From Nitrosopumilaceae archaeon (lineage in GTDB: Archaea; Thermoproteota; Nitrososphaeria; Nitrososphaerales; Nitrosopumilaceae), in assembly GCA_965207375.1 (NCBI GenBank), contig OZ242274.1, positions 608,001-672,000 on the forward strand: a stretch of 64,000 nucleotides of DNA. Reading direction: 5' to 3'. A model generated the notes under the pieces. The model searched no databases, had not been told where the DNA came from, and worked only from the letters and a program-made list of their open reading frames with translations. Position 1 is the stretch's first letter; the number at the start of each line of letters is the position of its first letter. Made by a program: the position numbers and the translations under genes. Shown here piece by piece: positions 17,579 to 27,066 of this stretch.

Positions 17579-18787
17579 TCAACTTCGCAGCTGACGTGCA
17601 GTGCTCTTTTGTCCCTCCTTTATACACGTCTCAAAATCAATCTGTTTAATCAACATCCAAAATACACTTTTTAATAATTTGGCAGCAGCTGCTACCCTGG
17701 CCTTTGACCTCCCACGCCTTTTTGCAAGACGTTTGTAAAACACACTAACAGGCGTATATGATTCCCTTTTCTCGGTGACTGCTAGATGTGTAACTACTGC
17801 CTCGACAAGTGCGTGTCTTACTAGAGATGCGCCCATCTTTGTTATGTGTCCATGATGGACAGTATCTGCAGAACGTCTAACTGATGGAACCAATCCAAAA
17901 TACGATGCCAGATGATCTTCATCAGAAAACCTTGCAATATCATCTATTTCAGAAGACAACACAAGTGCAGTATAGTTGGCTATTCCGGGTATCGTGGTGA
18001 GAAGTTGTGCGTTTTTATCCTCCTGTACCTGTTGTTTGATTTGCAGGTTGGCATACGTGATACTGTCTGTAACAGAGGCTAGATTCTTTAGATGCTGGTC
18101 TATTCTCCAGTTGTTTAGCTGGAGCAGTCTCTTTGTATATGGTCCACAAAACGGCGTTCCAGGTATGTCAATGCCTTCCTGTAACAAGATTCCGTGTATC
18201 ATGTTCTTAAAGCGAGTAGACTCTTGGACCATCTTGTGTCTGTATCTGACAAGCTGTTGCTTTTTTACAGTGTTTTCATCTGGTACATGGCATGCTGCAA
18301 CATAATCTCCACGCAGGAGGTCTGCAAGTATTTGCGCATCTACCTTATCTGTCTTCTTTTTAGACTCTGCAATGAGCCTTGTTTTGTATGGGTTAGATAA
18401 TGTTACGTCTAGTTTCAGCTTATCTGTGAGCATACGGTATATGCCGTACCATACAGATGATGATTCTAGTACGTATTTTGCATTCTTTGGCATTTTGGAA
18501 AACGCCTTTTTGATTGCAACCGGATTGCACTCTATCCTGCGGTTCTCATGCACCTTGCCGTCTTTATCCATTACTGCGACCTGCATGAATTTTTTGTGTA
18601 GATCTATTCCAACAAAGTATTTGGGTTTGGTTTTGGGGGTGTTGTTTTGGCCTGTCTTAGATGTCTTTACCTTTGAATTTGTTTTTTTGACAGACCTCAC
18701 ATTTTTTGGATTTTTTTTGCATAATCTGTTTGTTTGCTTTTTGGTAGCATTACCGGTACCATCTAAACCAGAGTTTTTTCGGGGCAC
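17579..18787 (-). CDS. IS110-family DEDD recombinase/transposase
   Basis: GIDLHK, VLES, KTDKVDA and GLVPSVRRSA motifs; start codon uncertain (Lys-rich N-terminal extension). Confidence 0.93.
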   Translation of the reverse strand: MPRKNSGLDGTGNATKKQTNRLCKKNPKNVRSVKKTNSKVKTSKTGQNNTPKTKPKYFVGIDLHKKFMQVAVMDKDGKVHENRRIECNPVAIKKAFSKMPKNAKYVLESSSVWYGIYRMLTDKLKLDVTLSNPYKTRLIAESKKKTDKVDAQILADLLRGDYVAACHVPDENTVKKQQLVRYRHKMVQESTRFKNMIHGILLQEGIDIPGTPFCGPYTKRLLQLNNWRIDQHLKNLASVTDSITYANLQIKQQVQEDKNAQLLTTIPGIANYTALVLSSEIDDIARFSDEDHLASYFGLVPSVRRSADTVHHGHITKMGASLVRHALVEAVVTHLAVTEKRESYTPVSVFYKRLAKRRGRSKARVAAAAKLLKSVFWMLIKQIDFETCIKEGQKSTARQLRS

Positions 18788-18816
18788 ATATGGTTAGTTC
18801 CGATTTTAAATCCAGA

Positions 18817-19974
18817 TCACGTCGATTTATTGGGGGGCGGCCAAGTTGAATGACACTCAAAATATGCATGAGCCATCTGCATTACAAAGGCTACAAGTGT
18901 AATATTGTATGTCTGATGGGCAACCTCTATCCGCGAATCTATCCATATGTTAGATAGGATTACAGCTACGATAAACATCAGCATCCGCATTGAGGAATTC
19001 TTGCTTGTGGTGTATGGACGTATAGATTTTACCTGCTTGTATCCCGTCTCAATCCCCCATCTCTTTTTGTATGCTTCAGGAATGTATTTCAACATGTCAT
19101 CAGAATCTGTACACGGAAGCGATGTTGCAAACACATGATATCTCTCAAAGATATTTTTTGCATCAGGTTTTTTGGGATTTGGTACTATGATCAAATTAAA
19201 TTCAAATCCATTATCAAAGGTATACTGTGATATTGCATCGCGCTTTCCTTGGGCATATTGAGATATTGCCTTTTTGATTCCCGCATTCTTTACTGCAGGC
19301 ATTATGAAATGTTTTTTGAGATTCTGTATTGTATCCATAACATCAGATGCATAAAACTCGCGGTCCAACAAGTATATGTTCACATCAGCACCCAAATTAT
19401 CGCATTTTTGTATGGTTTTACGCACGAATTCAGGGTTAAACTTGTTCCGAGTTACTGGAACCATTGCAAGATGAAATTCTTTTGCACCTGAGACCATCTT
19501 GGCAGTCATGTATGCTTCAAAGACGTATGTTCCTGCATGATGCTTTGAGTATACCATATCTGTCATGTCAGGGTCTTTGTCATAGTGTGGGATCTTGTGT
19601 TTGTCTATTGCTGCAACGCGCGTCTGGTTGTTGCCGTTTCTGCGGTCCAGCTTCATTTGGCGTACATCAACAGTATCGTGTATCATCTTTTCTCCATGTT
19701 TTATCATGTCGTCATGATCGATTGGGGTTATCTTTTGTACAAGCCAGTCTCCGCCTGGAATATCTATTCCTGAAGGAGCGTATTGGTGTGCACTGTTGGC
19801 AGCCACGCCGTATACTGACATGACCTGTAGCATGTTGACTGCGTTTGAGAGTCCATACCTCGTGTTGTTTCCTGTTCCAAACGAAATGGGCAGCCTGCCT
19901 AATGCAGATTGAAATACTTTAAACCCTCGTGTTCCGGATTTTATTGGGATATCTTGCCCATCTTTTTCTCTCAA
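18817..19974 (-). CDS. ISH3/IS4-like DDE transposase
   Basis: AAID, LLDREFY and Y-x2-R-WGIE motifs. Confidence 0.88.
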   Translation of the reverse strand: MREKDGQDIPIKSGTRGFKVFQSALGRLPISFGTGNNTRYGLSNAVNMLQVMSVYGVAANSAHQYAPSGIDIPGGDWLVQKITPIDHDDMIKHGEKMIHDTVDVRQMKLDRRNGNNQTRVAAIDKHKIPHYDKDPDMTDMVYSKHHAGTYVFEAYMTAKMVSGAKEFHLAMVPVTRNKFNPEFVRKTIQKCDNLGADVNIYLLDREFYASDVMDTIQNLKKHFIMPAVKNAGIKKAISQYAQGKRDAISQYTFDNGFEFNLIIVPNPKKPDAKNIFERYHVFATSLPCTDSDDMLKYIPEAYKKRWGIETGYKQVKSIRPYTTSKNSSMRMLMFIVAVILSNIWIDSRIEVAHQTYNITLVAFVMQMAHAYFECHSTWPPPNKST

Positions 19975-20134
19975 GGTTAAGATGGGTAGGATTATTCCGT
20001 TATTTGGATCGGTATGTCAAAAAATATTGTCTAAATAGTGACCTGTGATCTATAATCGGAACTACTGACCATACATGTAATTGCCCAATCCTAATAATGC
20101 TCAATTGTCTAGTTTTTTCAAATTCTATCTTTTT

Positions 20135-20977
20135 TCATTTGGCAAGTGACTTTACCACTTTAATATTATCAAAGTCTGTACGAGTTTCATCGATGGGAGT
20201 CTCTAAAATTATCGGTATATTTTTACCATTGATAATCTTGATAATTTCCCTCATGCCTGTTTCTCCAATATTTCCCAATCCTATGTGATAATGCCTGTCC
20301 AAATTATTGCCAAGCTCCCCCCTAGAGTCATTTAGATGTAAAATTTTTAAATGTTTAAAACCAATTGCCTTGTCAAACTTTGCAAACGTTTCTCTTACCG
20401 TTTTTGAAGTTCTAAGATCATATCCTGCAGCAAATGCATGACACGTATCAAAACAAACCCCAAACCGATTTGCCGGTTTTAGTTGAAATAGTATTTCTGC
20501 CCACTGTTCAAAGTCAGAGCCGACTGAGTTTTTTTGTCCTGCAGTATTTTCCAAAAGTATCATTGTGTCGTTATCCACCTCCGCTGCCTTGTTCAGTGCC
20601 TTTACAAGTCTCTTGATACCTGCCCCCTCTCCTGTTTCTAAATGGCTGCCTAGGTGTGTAACCAAATACGGAATACTCAACCGTCCACACCTTTCAACCT
20701 CTTCTACAAGTGCATTTACTGATTTTTCAAATGCTTCTGCATCAGGTGTTGCAAGATTTGGCAGATACGGCATATGAGCTACTGTTGCCATTTTGTCAAT
20801 CTCTGATCTTTGGATTTTTTCTTTAAAGACTGAACAATCCTTGTCTGTAAGTGCTTTTGCATGCCAGCTTCTAGGACTTCTAGTGAATATTTGAAATGCC
20901 GTACACTTTCTTTCTATTGCATTATCTACTGCCTTGTCTACAGATCCTGAAATTGAGACATGGCATCCTACCTGCAT
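20135..20977 (-). CDS. nfo: Endonuclease IV
   Basis: GCHVS, HMPY, ENTAG, DTCH, HLNDS, DRH and LETP motifs. Confidence 0.95.
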   Translation of the reverse strand: MQVGCHVSISGSVDKAVDNAIERKCTAFQIFTRSPRSWHAKALTDKDCSVFKEKIQRSEIDKMATVAHMPYLPNLATPDAEAFEKSVNALVEEVERCGRLSIPYLVTHLGSHLETGEGAGIKRLVKALNKAAEVDNDTMILLENTAGQKNSVGSDFEQWAEILFQLKPANRFGVCFDTCHAFAAGYDLRTSKTVRETFAKFDKAIGFKHLKILHLNDSRGELGNNLDRHYHIGLGNIGETGMREIIKIINGKNIPIILETPIDETRTDFDNIKVVKSLAK

Positions 20978-21144
20978 GCTTGATCTTTTTTGACGTCCAA
21001 TTTAAACCCGTTTTAGAATATTGTAAATTCTGTCCATGAAATTGTATCATCTTGTTTTGTGAAAAAAAGCACACATTTCTTGACATGCAAAAATCATCAT
21101 GTACCGTAAATCAGATTTTTAAGGCTACAAAACCATCTGTATTT

Positions 21145-22257
21145 GTGATAGGCAATATAGGCTCCTACGAGATGGCCAAATACCCGTTTTTGAGCGAAAC
21201 GGGCAGCTATTTTAAGGAACAAAACTTTTCTCTAAAGGATTTTGGCACCTTAGATGATCTTGCTCCATTCGTTGAAAAGGCCTATGATAGAATCGTGTCT
21301 GCTAGAGACGGCAAAACCTACAAATCCGAGATTCCAAAAGATGGGAGAATTACACCCGTCATACTGCAAAAAGAGGTGTTTTCATTTCTTTTGGCAGTAG
21401 TTCTCATAAAGCTAGCCAAAGCCAACATGCTGATTCAGAGATTTTCCCTTCAAGAGGCACGCACAGCCGAAAAGTCTCTGGAAAATGATCTCAGAGTATC
21501 TGATATTGTTTCTGGACCCATGTACCTTTCACAGGAAAAACTTCATGCCCGTGAACTGACAATTAAAATCATTTATGACATCTCAAAAGTAAAAATCTCA
21601 AAACCGGCACAAAATAATCTCTCCTCGTCTTCTGCAATGGTGCAAAATGATGATTGGTTGGTATCTGTTTTTGATTATGTGACACGTGCAATTCATTTTC
21701 ACGAACGCGAATGGGAGCTAGTAAACAGAAGAGTTCACAACGGATATGTGTATCTGTCTTCTCATGAGGTAGTCCGGCTGATTCGAAAAGAAATTGAAAC
21801 CTTTATTCGTACACGAATACAATCTATGGGCGTTTCTGAAATGTATCCAATATTTGAAAACTATGTCAAAGAATTATCCGAATGGAACAACTTGCACCAA
21901 CCCACCTTTGTTTCCTCCTCTGAATATCCGCCATGCATAAAGCATGCAATTGATATTTTGGAAAAAGGGGAGAATTTACCGCATTCGGGCCGCTTTATGC
22001 TTGCAACATATCTTTTAGGAAGGGATCAGTCCGTCTCTGATATTGCACCTTTGTTCAAAAATGCCCCCGACTATAACGAAAAGATTACGTTGTATCAACT
22101 AAATAATCTATCAGGTCAAGGCAGTGGTACAAAATACAAATGTCCGTCTTGTGACAAGGTGCGTTCAAATGATCTATGTTTTGCCATATCTGAATGTGAT
22201 AATATAATAAATCCTTTACAATTTGGCAGGAAGCGCGTTAATGATTCAAAAACATGA
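21145..22257 (+). CDS. priL: DNA primase large subunit
   Basis: AKYPF, YPPCI, H.GR, PDYNEKIT.YQ and PSC motifs; start uncertain. Confidence 0.9.
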   Translation: MIGNIGSYEMAKYPFLSETGSYFKEQNFSLKDFGTLDDLAPFVEKAYDRIVSARDGKTYKSEIPKDGRITPVILQKEVFSFLLAVVLIKLAKANMLIQRFSLQEARTAEKSLENDLRVSDIVSGPMYLSQEKLHARELTIKIIYDISKVKISKPAQNNLSSSSAMVQNDDWLVSVFDYVTRAIHFHEREWELVNRRVHNGYVYLSSHEVVRLIRKEIETFIRTRIQSMGVSEMYPIFENYVKELSEWNNLHQPTFVSSSEYPPCIKHAIDILEKGENLPHSGRFMLATYLLGRDQSVSDIAPLFKNAPDYNEKITLYQLNNLSGQGSGTKYKCPSCDKVRSNDLCFAISECDNIINPLQFGRKRVNDSKT

Positions 22258-23371
22258 TGAGATATTTCTCGAAACTGCTTTTAAAAAGTATTATTTTGAT
22301 AATTTCAAATTATTTTCCATACCAAAACGTCCAAACGAGCGTGAGTTTGGATATCAGAAATTTAATTCTGGAATGATACGCCATTTATCCATAAACACAG
22401 ACGAGCAACTCAGACTTTTGCTGATGACAAATGTGCCCTCTGATGTGTATTGTTCTAATGCATACTATACATTTCCGAATCTTCCAATGAAGGACAAGGA
22501 CTGGAAGGAGGCAGATCTTATATTTGATGTTGATGCCAAAGATCTAAATTTAAGCTGTCGTCCAAAACACATCTGTCAAAAATGTATAGGATGCAATTCT
22601 ACCTTTCAAAACTTACCTGTCTGTCCACAGTGCAATTCCAACAAAATAGAATCAAAATCATTTCCATGCATACACTGTATAGATGCCTCAAAAAACGAAA
22701 TACAAAAATTGTACAAAATTTTAACCGATGATCTAAACATATCAGAATCTCACATTCAAACATATTTCTCAGGAAATGAAGGATTTCACGTCCATGTAAT
22801 TGATTCGGATTTTCAAACCTGGGGTTCGCAGGAACGCAGATTTTTGTCAAACTATGTTTCATTCAAAAATGTTCTGCCTGACAGATATGGAATGAAAAAA
22901 CACAATGCAAAAAAGGAAAACTTTCCATCACTTGATGAGAACGGCTGGCGAGGCAGAGTGGCCAAATCCCTGTTTGGTTCAAAATCAAAACGCTCCAAAG
23001 TAATCTCTGATATGATGGCAAAGGACTATACTAGTTTTCAAAATACATTGCTTGAAATTGCTCCTAAAATTGGCGCAATAATTGACCCCAATGTAACCAC
23101 AGATATACACCGAGTCTTTAGGCTTGCCGGAAGCATCAACAGTAAAAGCGGCTTGACAAAAACGCATTGTGATGACATTAAAAAATTTGATCCCTATTTT
23201 GATGCCTGTTTTATAGATGATACAGACGTGCAGGTGCAAGCAGACTGTCCTGTTTCATTCAAGCTAAAACGTACAAAATTTGGTCCCTACACAAATGAAA
23301 AGGTCACGCTGCCTAGATTTGCTGCTGTATATCTTATCTGCAAGGGCTTTGCCACATCTATGATACAGTAG
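22241..23371 (+). CDS. priS: DNA primase small subunit
   Basis: REFG, DLIFDVD, FSG..GFH and IDPNVT.D..R..R motifs; Cys-rich zinc insert. Confidence 0.92.
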   Translation: MIQKHDEIFLETAFKKYYFDNFKLFSIPKRPNEREFGYQKFNSGMIRHLSINTDEQLRLLLMTNVPSDVYCSNAYYTFPNLPMKDKDWKEADLIFDVDAKDLNLSCRPKHICQKCIGCNSTFQNLPVCPQCNSNKIESKSFPCIHCIDASKNEIQKLYKILTDDLNISESHIQTYFSGNEGFHVHVIDSDFQTWGSQERRFLSNYVSFKNVLPDRYGMKKHNAKKENFPSLDENGWRGRVAKSLFGSKSKRSKVISDMMAKDYTSFQNTLLEIAPKIGAIIDPNVTTDIHRVFRLAGSINSKSGLTKTHCDDIKKFDPYFDACFIDDTDVQVQADCPVSFKLKRTKFGPYTNEKVTLPRFAAVYLICKGFATSMIQ

Positions 23372-23557
23372 CGTAACCCAAATTTCAGGCACGAAATCCA
23401 TCACACTTTTCACTAGTTTAGATAGTCATCACTATTTGATCCAAATGTGTAATTAATCCCAAAAATCTACCCCCAAAATCCTGCAAAAAAACACAGCTAA
23501 GCTAAATGTGAACTAAATTCTTAACCTAATCCTGTTGTTCTCTCCATTCTGGGCATA

Positions 23558-23594
23558 GATTTTGGCCTATTTTACCCACATTTCGCTTAGCTGA
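23558..23594. repeat. Dispersed 37-bp repeat, reverse complement of 42434-42470
   Basis: 34/37 identity by direct comparison. Confidence 0.8.
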
Positions 23595-23634
23595 GACACT
23601 GGTAAGACATTAATTTATCATATCTTGAGTATGA

Positions 23635-26487
23635 GTGATTTTGTATAACGCCTCTACCGAAAAAGACACTCCTCCGCCAGATACTGGGAAATTCATCAGG
23701 CTGGGAATTATTGCAATAATTGGAGTGGTAATATTTCTTATCGTAGGCAACCAGGCAGTCAGTATTTATATGAACTTTAGCGAGTTTGAAGAACAATTCA
23801 CAAAGCCACTGTACTATGCGGTGATATCCTCTGTAATTCTGTCTGCAATTGCACTGATTCGAATCAACGGTGCGGCACGTTCATCCATTTTCTGGTATGT
23901 AATATCTACACTGATTGGATTTTTGGGAAGGGCACAACATGACCCGATTGCAAATAACATCACAAGCTTTAGGGACTATAAGCTATCAGGAATCCAGTTT
24001 ACAGTATGGCAAATTACCAAGGTGCTACTCTTTGGTGCCTTTTTTGCAAATATTATGTTCGGATTTGCAGTAATGTCAGTAATTGATGGAACCGATCTGG
24101 GACTGCAAAATCTGCCAACACTGTTTACCCTGCCTTTCATAACTCCACCCACTGATCCGACATTTGCAACAGACAATGTGGTTCCGATGGTTCCTGCATT
24201 ACTAATTTTAATTCCGCCAATTTTGGGCGCAATCGGCTTGAGATTAATCCTATACATCGGATTAAATTCCATCATCAAAGTTGTTACCTCCTATGTAAAG
24301 GACTCTTCTGAAGGAAAACCAAGATATCTAAATTATGTATCCACTGTGGAGGCCATTATCGGTATCGGAATAATCTGGGCCGGATTCAATTTGTTCTTTA
24401 CTGACTTTATTGATTATAATACGCGTTACATCATTGCAGGAGTTTTACTTATTGGTTTTGCATTGATTGCATTTTCAGTACTTGATAGAATCAGGGCACG
24501 AGTGCTTACTCACATGTTCCAACGTGATCTTCTGATACGAATCGGAGTGATTCTCTTAATTGCAATTGTTGTAGCAGTTCTAGTGGGAGTAAACGACAGC
24601 ATTGCAGATGCAAAAAAAATCGAATATTTGGGACCCTACAAGGCACAAGAAATCGGCGTAAACCGTCATCTTGCAGAACTAGACCGCGTATCTGAAACCA
24701 TCCATGATGTAAAACTAGAATCCATATCGCCCAACAATATCAACAATTACGTAGATGCAAACAGTGATCTGCTAAATGTCATCCGTGTATGGGATTGGGA
24801 GGCAGCCTCTGCCAAACTCAAACCGGAAATAGGTCTGATTCCATATGTCACCTTCAACGATCAGGACATTTTACGGTTCAACAACACCCTTTATTGGACT
24901 GCATCAATGTCACCGATTCTTCCAAACACTGTAGAACTTGCCGACAGATGGTACAACGAACATCTGGTGTATACGCATGTCCCAAACGGATTTTTGACTT
25001 TGGAGGCAACTGAGGGACAAATCGTTGACAGCAGTACCTTCTTCCAACAACGCTCCATTTACTATGGCGAAGGTGAACTGCTTGCAGAAAAATGGTCTGC
25101 ATATCCGACAAACCGAGTAGAGTCTGCCGAACTGAATCAGGTATTTTACAATGGCGCAGGCGGTTTGGATGTGCCACCTCCGCTAAGTTGGATTTTTGAG
25201 CCCAACTTTTTACTTTCTTTTCCGGCCGAATCTGTACACATTATGAGATACAAAGACGTCAACGACAGAATGGAAACGCTGTATCCGTACTTTTTGTACC
25301 ATATGTTTGGAAATGATATTGATACATTTCCGGTAACTGATGGTGAAAATACCTACTGGCTTATTCCATTGATAGTTGGATTCCAAGCTCATGACGTACC
25401 TTGGTCTGCTGGCAGTCCGTATCTGCGACTTGCAGGATACGCCCTAGTCGATGCCTACGACGGTGATATTACGCTGCTAAAGACAGGTGATGATTTCTTT
25501 GCAGAGATGTTTGCTAGTCAGTACAGTGAACAGTTTGAGGAAATTCCACCGTGGTTAGAGGAGCAGATTAGATATCCTGCCGAACTGTTTAACTGGAAAA
25601 CTGACAGATACAATACCTATCATGTAACTGATGTTGAAACCTTTATTCAGGCAAATGAATTCTATGAAATTCCAAAGGGCTTAGATACTTACTATATTGA
25701 AGCACAACCGCCAGGTTTTGAAGAAGCAGAATTTGTAGGCCTGCTATCACTAGAACTCAAAGGCTCTCAGGGCAGGAACCTAGCAGGTTACATGATTGTT
25801 GAAAATGATCTTTCCAACCTTGGAAATATGAAATTTTATGAGGTTCCGTTAAACTCTACTACCAAACTAATCGGCCCCACCGCAGTACGTGAGGCTCTAG
25901 ACCGTGATCCTGACTTTGCTCAACTCAAAACATTGTTGAGAAATCCCCGAATTGGCGATAATATTTTGTATAGGGTGGGACAACACGATACTTACTTTAT
26001 TCCCGTGTATACTGCAGGTGCAGGCGGCGTGGTGGCCCAGCTAGGAACCATTGCAGCAGTTGGTGCCTCATTCACAGGCGAATATTATGTAGGTTTAGGT
26101 GATACGCAACAAGATGCATTCAAGGCATATTTGCAAAAATTATCAGGAGTAGCAGCTCCCTCCGGCAGTGTTCAGTCAGATGAATTGACAAAAAATGACA
26201 GAATAGATCTGATTAGAACCCTGTTTGAGGAACATGGAATTGATGTATTAGAACCCATATCTATTCAGATTCCACTCTCCTTTGAGGAAGGCAACATAAT
26301 ATTTTATACTGACGCCGAGGTTGAGGATGTGACAGAACTGATCTCTGAGTTCATAGATGATTTTGTTAAACCACGTACGGACAGGGTCTTCATGTGGGAA
26401 GAAAACAATGTAATCCACATGGGTACTATATTTGTAAAAGATGCAATACCACAAATCCACTTTATCTCTATTGAGGTAGGAAGCTAG
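23635..26487 (+). CDS. UPF0182 family membrane protein
   Basis: Multi-TM N-half; IRVWD, HLVYTH, IYYGE, VDAYDG and RYP motifs. Confidence 0.85.
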   Translation: MILYNASTEKDTPPPDTGKFIRLGIIAIIGVVIFLIVGNQAVSIYMNFSEFEEQFTKPLYYAVISSVILSAIALIRINGAARSSIFWYVISTLIGFLGRAQHDPIANNITSFRDYKLSGIQFTVWQITKVLLFGAFFANIMFGFAVMSVIDGTDLGLQNLPTLFTLPFITPPTDPTFATDNVVPMVPALLILIPPILGAIGLRLILYIGLNSIIKVVTSYVKDSSEGKPRYLNYVSTVEAIIGIGIIWAGFNLFFTDFIDYNTRYIIAGVLLIGFALIAFSVLDRIRARVLTHMFQRDLLIRIGVILLIAIVVAVLVGVNDSIADAKKIEYLGPYKAQEIGVNRHLAELDRVSETIHDVKLESISPNNINNYVDANSDLLNVIRVWDWEAASAKLKPEIGLIPYVTFNDQDILRFNNTLYWTASMSPILPNTVELADRWYNEHLVYTHVPNGFLTLEATEGQIVDSSTFFQQRSIYYGEGELLAEKWSAYPTNRVESAELNQVFYNGAGGLDVPPPLSWIFEPNFLLSFPAESVHIMRYKDVNDRMETLYPYFLYHMFGNDIDTFPVTDGENTYWLIPLIVGFQAHDVPWSAGSPYLRLAGYALVDAYDGDITLLKTGDDFFAEMFASQYSEQFEEIPPWLEEQIRYPAELFNWKTDRYNTYHVTDVETFIQANEFYEIPKGLDTYYIEAQPPGFEEAEFVGLLSLELKGSQGRNLAGYMIVENDLSNLGNMKFYEVPLNSTTKLIGPTAVREALDRDPDFAQLKTLLRNPRIGDNILYRVGQHDTYFIPVYTAGAGGVVAQLGTIAAVGASFTGEYYVGLGDTQQDAFKAYLQKLSGVAAPSGSVQSDELTKNDRIDLIRTLFEEHGIDVLEPISIQIPLSFEEGNIIFYTDAEVEDVTELISEFIDDFVKPRTDRVFMWEENNVIHMGTIFVKDAIPQIHFISIEVGS

Positions 26488-27030
26488 TTGTTACTAGTGG
26501 TCGACAACGGCTCTATTTTTACAAAAAACCTTTCTGATTATCTGACCTCCAAAAATGTTGATTTTGTATTATTGTATCATGATAAAATAAATCCCAATAT
26601 CATAAATGATTATGATTCCTTTATCTTATCGGGACGCAAAAAAAACAACAAACAAATGAATTCACTAAACTCTAAAATCATCTTACACTGTGTCAATACA
26701 TCAAAAAAGCTCTTGGGAATTTGTTACGGTGCAGAATTGCTAGCCTTGACTCTAGGCGGGACAATTCGTATGATGCCAAATTTACAAAAGGGTAATCAAA
26801 TAGTTACTGTAACCCAAAGCAACCTCCTTGCAGATTCACCCATCACCGTCTTTGAAAGTCACAGGTATGAACTATCTAGATTAGGAGACGATCTTTTTTC
26901 CATAGGTACCTCTGATCAATGCAGGCACGAGATTATACAGCACAAGACTCGAAAAATTTTTGGAACACAATTTCATCCCGAAATGACGCATGACGGTCAT
27001 AATTTGATTGCAAACTTTCTTGATCTGTGA
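26488..27030 (+). CDS. Class I glutamine amidotransferase (GMP synthase subunit A-like)
   Basis: DNGS, LGICYG, SH and QFHPE triad. Confidence 0.88.
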   Translation: MLLVVDNGSIFTKNLSDYLTSKNVDFVLLYHDKINPNIINDYDSFILSGRKKNNKQMNSLNSKIILHCVNTSKKLLGICYGAELLALTLGGTIRMMPNLQKGNQIVTVTQSNLLADSPITVFESHRYELSRLGDDLFSIGTSDQCRHEIIQHKTRKIFGTQFHPEMTHDGHNLIANFLDL

Positions 27031-27066
27031 ACGTTTTTAACAACTATATCATGACTGTTTGTTACC

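Larger units (their letters stand above)
17355..18794 (-). mobile_element. IS110-family (IS1111-like) element B, core TA duplicated at 17353-17354 and 18795-18796
   Basis: Removing it restores a perfect ISH3 TIR; its right end ACATAGA is shared with element A. Confidence 0.9.
17350..20067 (-). mobile_element. ISH3-type (IS4-like) element with nested IS110 in one TIR
   Basis: Reconstructed TIR CAG-TA-GTTCCGATT versus AATCGGAACTACTG (20054-20067), 14/14; 5-bp TSD ACCAT at 17345-17349 and 20068-20072. Confidence 0.9.
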
